From: an uncultured Nitrospirota bacterium
GTDB taxonomy: Bacteria > Nitrospirota > Thermodesulfovibrionia > Thermodesulfovibrionales > JdFR-85
Direction of reading: 5' to 3'
DNA: 64,000 nucleotides
Assembly (NCBI GenBank): GCA_964515925.1
Contig: CAZEYP010000001.1
Coordinates: 22,718 to 86,717 of the forward strand
The translations under genes and the position numbers were made by a program. Under the pieces are notes generated by a model. It had not been told where the DNA came from. It searched no databases and was given only the letters and a program-made list of their open reading frames with translations. Positions 46,592 through 56,025 of this stretch are shown piece by piece; position 1 is the first letter of the stretch; the number at the start of each line of letters is the position of its first letter.

Positions 46592-46678
46592 AAAATACAA
46601 TACACTATTACACCAATACACCAATACACAAATATACCAATATACCAATATATTATTTTACTAATACACCAACATTAA
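46575..46678 (+). repeat. Right (C/A-rich octamer AYACCAAT) arm; a 104-nt stretch with no G
   Basis: ..caatacactattacaccaatacaccaatacacaaatataccaatataccaatatattattttactaatacaccaacattaa runs up to the AGGAGG of fhs. There is no G from 46575 to 46678 (hand count). Confidence 0.85.
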
Positions 46679-46688
46679 GGAGGTCATT

Positions 46689-48452
46689 ATGCCACTTGAT
46701 CCAACCAAGCATGCAGACTGGGAGATTGCCGAGGCAGCTGAAAAGAACATGAAGACTGTTTATCAGCTTGCCGAGGAGATGGGGCTTGAAAAGGAGGAGC
46801 TTCTGCCCCACGGTCATTATGTTGCAAAGGTTGACTACAAGAGCATTCTTAATCGTCTTTCAAGCCGTCCTGACGGAAAGTACATTGATGTAACCGCCAT
46901 CACACCCACCCCACTTGGTGAGGGTAAGTCAACCACCACAATCGGACTCCTTCAGGGTATGGGCAAAAGGGGAAAGAATGTTATAGCTGCCATCAGGCAG
47001 CCCTCTGGTGGCCCAACAATGAACATAAAGGGTTCTGCTGCAGGCGGAGGACTTTCTCAGTGCATTCCGCTTACACCCTTTTCACTGGGACTTACAGGAG
47101 ACATCAACGCAATAATGAATGCCCACAACCTTGCAATGGTTGCCCTTACTGCAAGGATGCAGCATGAGTTTAACTACAACGACGAGCAGCTTGCAAAGCG
47201 TAACCTCAAAAGACTAAACATTGACCCCCGCAATGTCCAGATGGGCTGGATAATGGACTTCTGTGCCCAGGCCCTAAGGAAGATAATCATCGGTATCGGT
47301 GGAAAGATGGATGGCTTTATGATGGAAAGCCGTTTCGACATCGCCGTTTCCTCTGAGGTGATGGCCATACTGGCAGTTGCAAAGGACCTTAAGGACTTCC
47401 GTGAGAGGATGGGCAGGATCGTTGTTGCCTACGACAAGCAGGGTAACCCCATCACCACCGAAGACCTCGAGGTTGCAGGTGCAATGACCGCCTGGATGGT
47501 TGAGGCACTGAATCCAAACCTCATGCAGTCCATCGAGGGTCAGCCCGTTCTGGTTCATGCAGGTCCATTTGCAAACATTGCTATCGGGCAGTCCTCAATC
47601 ATAGCCGACAGGGTGGGGCTTAAGCTTGCCGATTACCACATCACCGAAAGTGGTTTTGGTGCAGACATAGGGTTTGAGAAGTTCTGGAACCTCAAGTGCC
47701 GTTTTTCAGGACTGAAACCCCATGCTGCAGTTATCGTGGCAACCATAAGGGCACTTAAGTGTCACGGTGGTGCACCTGTTCCAGTGCCGGGAAGACCAAT
47801 TCCTGAGGAATACTCTGAGGAGAATGTGGAATGGGTGGAAAAGGGTTGTGAAAACCTGGTCCATCACATAAACACCGTAAGAAGGGCAGGCATTAACCCG
47901 GTGGTATGTATTAATGCCTTCTACACTGATACAAAGGATGAGATAGAAACAGTAAGAAGGATAGCCGAGCAGGCAGGAGCCCGTGTTGCCGTCAGTGAGC
48001 ACTGGCTCAAAGGCGGCGAGGGTGCACTTGAGCTTGCCGATGCAGTGATAGATGCCTGCGAAGACAGCAACAACTTTAAATTCCTCTATGAACTTAATGT
48101 TCCAGTCAGGAACAGGATTGAGATGATAGCAGAGCATGTCTATGGTGCAGATGGTGTGGAGTATACACCTCAGGCACTTCAGAAACTCAAGGCAATCGAG
48201 CAGGATTCAGAGCTCAGCCAGCTTGGCACCTGTATGGTCAAGACCCACCTCAGTCTTTCTGATAATCCAAGCATCAAGGGTGTTCCAAAGGGCTGGAAGC
48301 TCTTTGTAAGGGATGTGCTTATTTACAAGGGAGCAGGTTTCGTGGTTCCTGTGGCAGGTGACATCAAGTTGATGCCAGGTACATCCTCTGACCCGGCATA
48401 CAGAAGGATTGATGTGGATACAGAGACAGGTAAGGTAAAGGGCTTGTTCTAA
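46689..48452 (+). CDS. fhs: Formate--tetrahydrofolate ligase
   Basis: 587 aa with [15 protein letters not shown] (P-loop) and overall FTHFS family similarity. Confidence 0.93.
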   Translation: MPLDPTKHADWEIAEAAEKNMKTVYQLAEEMGLEKEELLPHGHYVAKVDYKSILNRLSSRPDGKYIDVTAITPTPLGEGKSTTTIGLLQGMGKRGKNVIAAIRQPSGGPTMNIKGSAAGGGLSQCIPLTPFSLGLTGDINAIMNAHNLAMVALTARMQHEFNYNDEQLAKRNLKRLNIDPRNVQMGWIMDFCAQALRKIIIGIGGKMDGFMMESRFDIAVSSEVMAILAVAKDLKDFRERMGRIVVAYDKQGNPITTEDLEVAGAMTAWMVEALNPNLMQSIEGQPVLVHAGPFANIAIGQSSIIADRVGLKLADYHITESGFGADIGFEKFWNLKCRFSGLKPHAAVIVATIRALKCHGGAPVPVPGRPIPEEYSEENVEWVEKGCENLVHHINTVRRAGINPVVCINAFYTDTKDEIETVRRIAEQAGARVAVSEHWLKGGEGALELADAVIDACEDSNNFKFLYELNVPVRNRIEMIAEHVYGADGVEYTPQALQKLKAIEQDSELSQLGTCMVKTHLSLSDNPSIKGVPKGWKLFVRDVLIYKGAGFVVPVAGDIKLMPGTSSDPAYRRIDVDTETGKVKGLF

Positions 48453-48465
48453 GGATTGAGTAATA

Positions 48466-48563
48466 GGGAGCGGGGATTTCGGATTTATGATTTTAGATTT
48501 TAGATTTCAGATTTAGATACTCTGTGTTCTCTGTGGTTTGTATCTTCAATGTCCCTGCTCCCC
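48466..48563 (+). repeat. Composite spacer element (NAGATTT heptads plus CTCTGTG nonamers) bracketed by gggagcgggga / tccctgctccc
   Basis: The sequence is gggagcggggatttcggatttatgattttagattttagatttcagatttagatactctgtgttctctgtggtttgtatcttcaatgtccctgctcccc. The outer 11 nt are complementary apart from one G:T. Confidence 0.8.
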
Positions 48564-48589
48564 ATAGCCCAATAACTTAATTTATAGCC

Positions 48590-48964
48590 ATGAACCATAT
48601 CGTTGCATCCATATTGATGATGAATAACTACTTCCATGATGTGGCCACAGCAATGGTGCCTGCCACTGCTGCGGTTGCATGGATGGTGCTTAATTTTTCG
48701 GAGAGGGCAGGCAGTGATGGAAGCAGAGATGTCTATTTAAAGATTTATAAATTAGTGGTAAAGATATTTGTTTATAGCCTGTTCTGGCTGATGATTGGAG
48801 CTATTCCACGGGTGCTAACCTTCAAGGCCTATGAGCTTAAAGAGGCGCAGATGAAGGGAGTCGTTACGGCACTTTTTGCAAAGCTTATTGTTGCATTTGT
48901 ACTCGTGGTTATAGGCTCTGTGATGTGGATAAAGATTGGCAGACGGCTGAAAAAAATGACCTAA
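48590..48964 (+). CDS. Small integral membrane protein, function unknown
   Basis: 124 aa with 3-4 hydrophobic helices and no recognisable motif. Confidence 0.5.
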   Translation: MNHIVASILMMNNYFHDVATAMVPATAAVAWMVLNFSERAGSDGSRDVYLKIYKLVVKIFVYSLFWLMIGAIPRVLTFKAYELKEAQMKGVVTALFAKLIVAFVLVVIGSVMWIKIGRRLKKMT

Positions 48965-49554
48965 CCCTTCTCGTTCTTTTCCCTGAGCATTTTTACAAGG
49001 CCATCATAGGATGACCTGCGGATAATGCTTTTAAACTGCCGCCTGTAGTTGTTTACAAGGCTTACACCTTCTATAATCACATCGTATACAATCCAGTTAT
49101 CACCTTTTTTAAGAAGTTTGTAGTCAACAGGGATTTCAGTTTGCTTTGATGTGACAACCAGTGTCTTAACTATTGCGTATTTGCCCCTTATGCGCTGTCC
49201 CTTGTATATTATCTTTTCATTCTGATAGGCTTCTATCTTCTTAAGGTAGGTTCTCTCAATAAGGCCCCTGTAAAGCTCCACAAACTCCCCTTTCTGCTTA
49301 TCCGACAGCTTTCTCCACTGTCTTGCAAGAGACCTCTTTGCCATCTCTCTGAAGTCAAGGATGCCAGAGACTGCCTCTCTGAGTGCCTCCTTACGCTGTT
49401 TTGCTTTGTCCTGTGACTTAAGGGCAGGGTCTTTAAGCACCTTTATCACCCTGTCAACGCCTGTCTTAACAGTCTGCAAAGGCTCAGAGGCCATTGCATT
49501 TGATACCACAAAAATAAAAACAATGCTTAATAACGCTATCAGTGCTTTTTTCAT
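48961..49554 (-). CDS. mlaC: Phospholipid-binding periplasmic protein MlaC (Ttg2D family)
   Basis: 197 aa with a signal peptide, Ttg2D-like sequence, and position at the end of the mla operon. Confidence 0.8.
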   Translation of the reverse strand: MKKALIALLSIVFIFVVSNAMASEPLQTVKTGVDRVIKVLKDPALKSQDKAKQRKEALREAVSGILDFREMAKRSLARQWRKLSDKQKGEFVELYRGLIERTYLKKIEAYQNEKIIYKGQRIRGKYAIVKTLVVTSKQTEIPVDYKLLKKGDNWIVYDVIIEGVSLVNNYRRQFKSIIRRSSYDGLVKMLREKNEKG

Positions 49555-50277
49555 TTATTTTTTTACCTCCCTGTCTCTGTACTGGATATAGGCGTCCTGC
49601 AGAGATATGTATGGGTCGAGGGCCCCTTCTACCATGTCCTCGTAATCTCCAATGTGAAGTGAAGTGGTGTTCACAAGGCTTGTGGCTCTTAGGGCAAGGG
49701 ATTTCTCAATCTCTATGTATGTCAGCGGGTCAAGCAGGAAGTCGCCTAATAGGCCAAAGGTATCTCTTAAGGATGAGGGTCCCAGGACAGGCCAGACAAT
49801 ATAAAACCCATGGCCTGCACCGAAATGGGCAAGGCTCTGACCAAAGTCTTCGTTTGAGCTTTTTATATTAAATTCCTTCTTTGCCACATCATCAAGTCCA
49901 AAAACCCCTGCTGTGGTGTTAATGCTAAATCTCAGGAATTCATTACCTGCTTGCTTAAATTTCCCCTGTAACAGACAGTTAATGAAGCGTACTGGAAACA
50001 GAAGGTTTTTGAAGAAATTGCCAATGGCTACCCTTGCATCCTGAGGAAGTACAAAGGAATAGCCCTTTGCAACAGGCTTCAGTACCCAGAAGTAGAACCT
50101 GTCATTAAACTTAAACATCAGGCGGTTCCAGGGCTCAATCGGGTCAGCTATGGTAAGCTCCACGGTATTATCAAAGCTACCATTATCGTTAAAGTCTTGG
50201 GCTCTAACATGGTTAGAGCTGAAAACAACAAAGAGGACTGTTACAAACAGTGTTATAAGAAAAATTCTTTTAATCAT
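49555..50277 (-). CDS. mlaA: Outer-membrane lipoprotein MlaA/VacJ
   Basis: 240 aa with the DPIEPWNRLMFKFND and GPS.LRD motifs of the VacJ family. Confidence 0.85.
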   Translation of the reverse strand: MIKRIFLITLFVTVLFVVFSSNHVRAQDFNDNGSFDNTVELTIADPIEPWNRLMFKFNDRFYFWVLKPVAKGYSFVLPQDARVAIGNFFKNLLFPVRFINCLLQGKFKQAGNEFLRFSINTTAGVFGLDDVAKKEFNIKSSNEDFGQSLAHFGAGHGFYIVWPVLGPSSLRDTFGLLGDFLLDPLTYIEIEKSLALRATSLVNTTSLHIGDYEDMVEGALDPYISLQDAYIQYRDREVKK

Positions 50278-50324
50278 CCTTCCTCCCGATAAAAAATTTA
50301 CTTCCCACCCCCTACACCCTATGA

Positions 50325-50771
50325 TTATTCCACTTTACCAAAGACAAACTTGGAAATCAACTCCTCCAGGTCAACGGCTGATTCGGTTTCCTGAATCCTT
50401 CCTCCGTTTGGTATGGTCTCCTCTGCTCCCCCAGGTGTTATCTCAATGAATTTTTCGCCTATTAGTCCCTTTGTCTTTATAGAGGCAATGGCATCTTCCT
50501 GAAGTTTAATATTGCTGTTAAGAGCCATTTCTACAAGTGCAGTGAAGTCTTCGGTTAGCTCCACTGACTTGACCCTGCCAACCGTAACTCCTGCAATCTC
50601 CACAGATGCACCTGGTTTAAGCCCACCTATCCTTTCAAACTCTGCATAGACCCTGTACCCCTCTTTGTTTAATATATCCAGATTACCGAGCTTTACAGAG
50701 ATATATCCAAGAGCCAGTATGCCCAGCACAACAAACACTCCTACCATAAATTCAATATCAAATCTCTTCAT
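50325..50771 (-). CDS. mlaD: MCE-domain protein MlaD
   Basis: 148 aa with an N-terminal TM anchor plus an MCE domain (..GLKPGASVEIAGVTVGRV..). Confidence 0.85.
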   Translation of the reverse strand: MKRFDIEFMVGVFVVLGILALGYISVKLGNLDILNKEGYRVYAEFERIGGLKPGASVEIAGVTVGRVKSVELTEDFTALVEMALNSNIKLQEDAIASIKTKGLIGEKFIEITPGGAEETIPNGGRIQETESAVDLEELISKFVFGKVE

Positions 50772-50793
50772 AGAGTTGCCTCCCTTTATATTT

Positions 50794-51020
50794 AAATCCG
50801 AAATACGAAATCCTAATTTCTAAACATTACAGGGTGTAGGGTGTAGCGTGTAGGGAGTAACAAAAACACCCCAACCAAACCCCAATCAACGCTACCAACG
50901 CTATTAACGCAAAGAACGCAATTAACTCTATAAGCGCAAGCAACGCAAATAACTCAAAGAACGCAAAGAACCCGATAAACTCGATAAACGCAAAGAACGC
51001 AACTTAACGCAATCAACGCT
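50794..51020 (-). repeat. Large composite repeat inside the mla operon (sense = minus): about 14 nonamers NNNNGCGTT, conserved core, CNCCCTA heptads, NNGATTT heptads
   Basis: Reverse-complement reading gives gattgcgtt aagttgcgtt ctttgcgtt tatcgagtt ... aatagcgtt ggtagcgtt gattggggtttggttggggtgtttttgttactccctacacgctacaccctacaccctg ... agaaatt aggattt cgtattt cggattt. The core 50830-50910 matches 57440-57520 at 75 of 81 positions, in inverted orientation. Confidence 0.9.
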
Positions 51021-51773
51021 CTAATCCAGTACCTTTATTGGGCCTTCAAGGCTGCCCATTATAAACTGTTTTACTGCAGGGTTTTCAGAGCTTTTTATCT
51101 CACCGGGAAGTCCTGTTTCAACAATGACTCCATCATGAAGCATTGCCACCCTGTCTGCAATATCAAAGACCTGCGGTATATCATGACTAATAACCACACC
51201 AGTAAAATTATATTTCCTGTGGGTCCTGACAATAAGCCTGTGAATGGCGTTCAGACTTATGGGGTCAAGCCCTGTTGTTGGCTCATCAAAAAGCACTATC
51301 TCGGGCTCAGTGATCAATGCCCTTGCCAGTGCCACCCTCTTTCTCATCCCACCACTTAGCTCAGCAGGGTATTTCTGCTCTATCCTCCTTAGTCCCACAT
51401 CCTCAAGTGCCTCTTCCACCTTTTCTGCGATAACCCTTTTTGAGAGTTTTGTCTTTTCCTGAAGCGGGAATGCCACATTTTCAAAGACCGTCATCGAGTC
51501 AAAAAGCGCCCCTCCCTGAAATAATACGCCGAAGCGTTCCCTGAGTCTGCAGACCTCTTTCTTGCCACAGGTCTTAATGATGTCTTCACCATCGATCAGT
51601 ATCTTTCCACTGTCAGGCCTGTAGATACCTATAAGATGCTTAAGAAGCACGCTTTTGCCAGCGCCACTTTTCCCTATTATCACCATTAACTCTTTGTCTT
51701 TAATGGTGAGATTAACACCCTTTAGCACCTCAAGGCCATCAAATGATTTTTTCAAGTCAACTATCTCTATCAT
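51021..51773 (-). CDS. mlaF: ABC transporter ATPase MlaF
   Basis: 250 aa with Walker A GKSGAGKS, signature LSGGMRKRVALARA and Walker B VLFDEPTTGLD. Confidence 0.88.
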   Translation of the reverse strand: MIEIVDLKKSFDGLEVLKGVNLTIKDKELMVIIGKSGAGKSVLLKHLIGIYRPDSGKILIDGEDIIKTCGKKEVCRLRERFGVLFQGGALFDSMTVFENVAFPLQEKTKLSKRVIAEKVEEALEDVGLRRIEQKYPAELSGGMRKRVALARALITEPEIVLFDEPTTGLDPISLNAIHRLIVRTHRKYNFTGVVISHDIPQVFDIADRVAMLHDGVIVETGLPGEIKSSENPAVKQFIMGSLEGPIKVLD

Positions 51774-51776
51774 CTC

Positions 51777-52604
51777 CTACACCCATACAGAGCCTATAAA
51801 GTAATCCCAGATTAAAATCAATATTGATGAAAGCACCACTGCCTCTGTGGTTGCCCTGCTAACACCCTTTGCTCCATAGCCAGTGTGATAGCCCTTGTAG
51901 CATGATACCCATGCCACTATAAGCCCAAAGCATAGGGATTTTACAAGTCCAATGGATATGTCTTCCAGGTCAATGAATTCATCCATCTTTGAAAAGTAGG
52001 TACCAGAGCTGAGTCCAAGGAGTTTCACTCCCACCACATAGCCACCATAAATTCCTACCAGGTCAAAGATGCTGGCAAGCAGGGGAAAGACCATAAGTGC
52101 TGCTACTATATTTGGCACCACCAGGTATCTGATAGGACTTAATGCCATGGATATAAGTGCGTCTATCTGTTCTGTGATTCGCATGATACCGATCTCTGCG
52201 GTTAAAGCTGAACCAGCTCTACCTGTTACCATCAGGGCAGAAAGCACAGGCCCAAGCTCCCTTATCAAACTCAGTGCCACGGCAGGTCCAAGCAGTGCCT
52301 CAGAGCCGAACTTGCTGAGGGTATAAAAAATCTGTAAAGAAAGCACCATCCCTGTAAATGCACCGGTAAGCAGAATAACCAGGATTGATTTGTTTCCGAG
52401 AAACCATATCTGTCTTATAAGTAGCCTGAACTTGAAGGGCGGTATGAATATATGTAGAATCGAGTTGAGCAGGAATATAAACATCCTGCCAAGCCCCTTT
52501 ATATCACTAATACACTTCCTGCCGATCTTCCTGAATAATTCTGTTATGTCCATCCATTGATTATAATTTTTATAGCAGGGCTTTTTCAAATCCATCAGGC
52601 ACAT
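51777..52604 (-). CDS. mlaE: ABC transporter permease MlaE
   Basis: 275-aa polytopic protein of the MlaE/Ttg2B family. The start is uncertain (an internal ATG at 52553 is possible). Confidence 0.85.
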   Translation of the reverse strand: MCLMDLKKPCYKNYNQWMDITELFRKIGRKCISDIKGLGRMFIFLLNSILHIFIPPFKFRLLIRQIWFLGNKSILVILLTGAFTGMVLSLQIFYTLSKFGSEALLGPAVALSLIRELGPVLSALMVTGRAGSALTAEIGIMRITEQIDALISMALSPIRYLVVPNIVAALMVFPLLASIFDLVGIYGGYVVGVKLLGLSSGTYFSKMDEFIDLEDISIGLVKSLCFGLIVAWVSCYKGYHTGYGAKGVSRATTEAVVLSSILILIWDYFIGSVWV

Positions 52605-52741
52605 ATTTTGCAGAAATTTTTTTGTTTACAGTAAGCAGGGCTATTTATTAGTATAGGTAGTATAGGGATTAGCAAGGATTAATAACCTGAAGAATGCATG
52701 GAGGTTAATGGCTGAAGCGCCTTAAAAATCAATAACTTATT

Positions 52742-54190
52742 ATGAGAAAAAAGATACTTTTTATTACGCCCCCTTTTCATGTTGGTGTGGTGGAGGTAGC
52801 TGGAAGCTGGGTGCCCCTGTACCTTGTATATCTTGCTGGTGCCGCAGAGGCTGCGGGATTTCACGCAGAAATCTACGACGCAATGTCAAAAAAGGTCGGC
52901 CATGAGGATGTGGCAAAGAGGATAGAGGAGTTTAAACCCGACTTTGTTGCCACCACTGCCATTACCTGCACCAGTTATGATGCACTCAGGGTGCTTGAGA
53001 CTGCCAAGACCATCAATCCCGAGATTGTGACCATTATTGGAGGGGTTCATGCCAGCTTCATGTACGAGGAGATGCTTGAAAATGCTGCAGTGGATTTTGT
53101 GGTAAGGGGTGAAGGAGAGATAACCCTAATTGAACTGCTTCAAGCTATCACTGCAGGCGACAACCCCTCAAAGGTCAAAGGTATTACCTACTGGGAAAAC
53201 GGTGCAGTGGTAGTTACTCCACAAAGGGGATTTATAGAGAGCTTTGACAACCTCCCCATGGGCTGGCACCTACTTGACTGGGAAGACTATACCTATTATA
53301 TACTTCCGAAAAGCCGTCTCGGAGCAATTTGCACATCAAGAGGATGTTCACAGGAATGCACCTTCTGTTCCCAGCAGAAGTTCTGGCACAAGACCTGGCG
53401 TGCCCGCTCACCTGAGGACATAGTAAGGGAGATGGAGCATCTCAGGAAGACCTATGATGTGGATGTGGTGCTTTTTACCGACGACTACCCATCACCAGAC
53501 AGAAAGAGGTGGGAGCGACTACTTGACCTTTTAATAAAGGCTGACCTTGATATGAAGATACTCATGGAGACAAGGGCTGAAGACATAGTTCGTGACAGAG
53601 ACATACTTGATAAGTATAAAGAGGCAGGTATAATACACATCTATGTCGGCACAGAGGCGACCAATCAGGAAAGCCTTGATTACATAAAGAAGGCAATCAG
53701 CGTGGAGCAGTCCCGTGAGGCATTGAGGCTTCTAAGGGATGTGGGAATAATCACGGAGACCTCCATGATACTTGGTTTTCCTGACGAGACCTGGGACAGC
53801 ATTGAACAGACCCTTCGTCTGGTACTTGACTACAACCCTGATTTTGCTCACTTCCTTGCCATTGCACCCTGGCCCTATTCAGACATTTACGAAGACCTTA
53901 AGCCCTACATCGTTGTTGAGGACTACCGAAAGTACAATCTGATTGACCCTATCATTAAGCCTAAAGAGATGAGCCTTGAGGACATAGACAGGGCAATTGT
54001 GGATTGTTATCGTGCCTTTTACATGAATAAATATGCCCAGATGCTTGAAGAGACCGATGAGTTCAAAAAAAATTACATGATTACAGCCATGAAACTAATG
54101 ATGGCAAACTCCTTCATCAGGAAAAAGCTTGGCAACATGGGCGGTGCAATGCCTGAAGAGGTAAAGAAGATAATCAATGCAACCGGTTAG
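52742..54190 (+). CDS. B12-binding-domain radical SAM enzyme (class B), substrate unknown
   Basis: 482 aa with an N-terminal cobalamin-binding Rossmann-like domain (..DFVATTAITCTSYDA..IIGGVHAS..) and the radical SAM motif CSQECTFC (CxxxCxxC). Confidence 0.8.
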   Translation: MRKKILFITPPFHVGVVEVAGSWVPLYLVYLAGAAEAAGFHAEIYDAMSKKVGHEDVAKRIEEFKPDFVATTAITCTSYDALRVLETAKTINPEIVTIIGGVHASFMYEEMLENAAVDFVVRGEGEITLIELLQAITAGDNPSKVKGITYWENGAVVVTPQRGFIESFDNLPMGWHLLDWEDYTYYILPKSRLGAICTSRGCSQECTFCSQQKFWHKTWRARSPEDIVREMEHLRKTYDVDVVLFTDDYPSPDRKRWERLLDLLIKADLDMKILMETRAEDIVRDRDILDKYKEAGIIHIYVGTEATNQESLDYIKKAISVEQSREALRLLRDVGIITETSMILGFPDETWDSIEQTLRLVLDYNPDFAHFLAIAPWPYSDIYEDLKPYIVVEDYRKYNLIDPIIKPKEMSLEDIDRAIVDCYRAFYMNKYAQMLEETDEFKKNYMITAMKLMMANSFIRKKLGNMGGAMPEEVKKIINATG

Positions 54191-54223
54191 CCTGTCTACC
54201 TCATAGGGCCACCACCGTGATAC

Positions 54224-54517
54224 CTATTTATCCTCCCTTTCTCTCAACTGTATTACATACTCAAAAAAGGATCTGCACTTTTTGAGCCTGAATATATAGA
54301 CCTTCTTTACAGGCAGGTTGAGCTTTTCAAGCTCTTTTATTAGTTCATCAGAGCGTTTTATGAGGTCCCTTAGCTCGGCCTTACTGAGGCTCTCGGCAAT
54401 CTGAACCCTGCTGCAGATATCATCAAACCTGTCTTTCCAGCTTTTCTGCTCAGCAAAGAGCATAGGGCCTGTCAGCACAAAAAACAACACAAAGATTGTT
54501 GTGAATACCTTTTTCAT
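54224..54517 (-). CDS. Small secreted protein, function unknown
   Basis: 97 aa with a signal peptide (MKKVFTTIFVLFFVLTGPMLFA) and a helical charged remainder. Confidence 0.45.
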   Translation of the reverse strand: MKKVFTTIFVLFFVLTGPMLFAEQKSWKDRFDDICSRVQIAESLSKAELRDLIKRSDELIKELEKLNLPVKKVYIFRLKKCRSFFEYVIQLREREDK

Positions 54518-54612
54518 ACTGTTAGCACCCTCCTTAACGATGGCTATTGTTAATAATACCAGAAAAGGGCTGATGGGTAAAGTCTTCTGTGCCCGTTCAC
54601 AGCTTTTTATGG

Positions 54613-55974
54613 CTATTTTTCGGTAATATCTCGGATAGAATCCTTTATTATCTCAAGCATCCTTTCAAGGTTTTCTTCACCGATACTCAGTGGTGGCATG
54701 ATGACAATCACATTGCCAAGGGGCCTGATTATGAGTCCCCGTTGTCTTGCCCTGTAGCAGACCATGTATCCCATCTGCTCCTGAAAGGGATAGGGCTCTT
54801 TTGTCTCTTTATCTGCTACAAGCTCAACTCCAGCAATAAGACCAATACCACGGGCATTTCCTACATGGACAAGCTCTGATACAGACTGAAGCCAATCTTT
54901 CAGTATTTCTGACTTTTCCCTTACAGCCTGAAGTGTATTGTCCTTTTCAAAGACCTCCAAAGAGGCTACTGCCGCAGCACAGGCAAGGGGGTTTCCTGTG
55001 TATGAGTGTCCATGAAAAAAGGTCTTTAGCTCCCTGTATTCAGCCAGAAAGGCCTGATAAACCTCGTCAGTGGTTATCGTCACGGCAAGGGGCAGATAAC
55101 CCCCTGTGATTCCCTTTGACAGGCAGAGAAAATCTGGCACCACCTCCTCATGCTCGCAGGCAAACATCCTGCCTGTTCTGCCAAACCCCACCGCCACCTC
55201 ATCAGCTATCATCAGGACATCATATTTTCTGGTAAGCTCTCTTACACCACGCAGATAACCTTCTGGGTGTACTATCATACCACCGGCTCCCTGAACAATC
55301 GGCTCAATAATCAGGGCTGCAATCTCATGATGATGCTCCCTGAGCAGCTCTTCTAATCTTTTTAGACAGGCCATACTGCATGTGTCCTGCATCAGCCCAA
55401 GCTCACATCTATAGCAGTAGGGGGAAGGTGCCCTGTAAGTCTTAAAAAGCAGGGGCCTGTATATTTCATGAAACAGGTCTATTCCGCCCACACTTACTGC
55501 GCCGATGGTGTCACCGTGGTATGCATTGTTCAGGCAGACAAAGGCATCCCTGCCCTCTATGCCACGATTTTTCCAGTACTGAAAGGCCATCTTAAGGGCA
55601 ATCTCCACAGAAGTGGAGCCATTGTCAGAGTAAAAGACCTTTGTAAGACCTTCAGGCACAATTCTTAAAAGCCTCTCTGCAAGCTCAATGGAAGGGACAT
55701 TGCCAAGACCAAGGAGTGTTGAATGAGAAAGCCTGTCAATCTGCTCCTTTATGGCCTGGTCGATCTCCTTTTTTCTGTGTCCGTGGATGTTTACCCAGAG
55801 AGAGGACACCCCGTCAAGGTACCACCTGCCGTAGATGTCCTTTAAAAACTCACCCCTTCCCTCTTCGATTATAAGAGGTGTGGTGGCCTCCCACTGCTTC
55901 ATCTGTGTAAAGGGATGCCATATTAAACGCCTGTCAGCCTCTTCAAGATGTCTGTTTCTTTCTTCAATAGCCAT
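54613..55974 (-). CDS. bioA: Adenosylmethionine-8-amino-7-oxononanoate aminotransferase
   Basis: 453-aa class III PLP aminotransferase with LIWHPFTQM, YHGDT, ADEVAVGFGRTG and the SKG.TGGYLP (PLP Lys) motifs typical of BioA. Confidence 0.88.
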   Translation of the reverse strand: MAIEERNRHLEEADRRLIWHPFTQMKQWEATTPLIIEEGRGEFLKDIYGRWYLDGVSSLWVNIHGHRKKEIDQAIKEQIDRLSHSTLLGLGNVPSIELAERLLRIVPEGLTKVFYSDNGSTSVEIALKMAFQYWKNRGIEGRDAFVCLNNAYHGDTIGAVSVGGIDLFHEIYRPLLFKTYRAPSPYCYRCELGLMQDTCSMACLKRLEELLREHHHEIAALIIEPIVQGAGGMIVHPEGYLRGVRELTRKYDVLMIADEVAVGFGRTGRMFACEHEEVVPDFLCLSKGITGGYLPLAVTITTDEVYQAFLAEYRELKTFFHGHSYTGNPLACAAAVASLEVFEKDNTLQAVREKSEILKDWLQSVSELVHVGNARGIGLIAGVELVADKETKEPYPFQEQMGYMVCYRARQRGLIIRPLGNVIVIMPPLSIGEENLERMLEIIKDSIRDITEK

Positions 55975-56025
55975 AGAAGTTCTTTAGCCCATCAAGTGCA
56001 GGATGTCTGATTATAGATTATAGAA

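Noticed and set aside
50911-51020. Regular short repeats that could superficially suggest a CRISPR array (also at 57362-57470)
   Set aside because: The units are 9 nt and directly tandem, with no unique spacers. There are no cas genes in the window. CRISPR repeats are 23-50 nt and separated by spacers.
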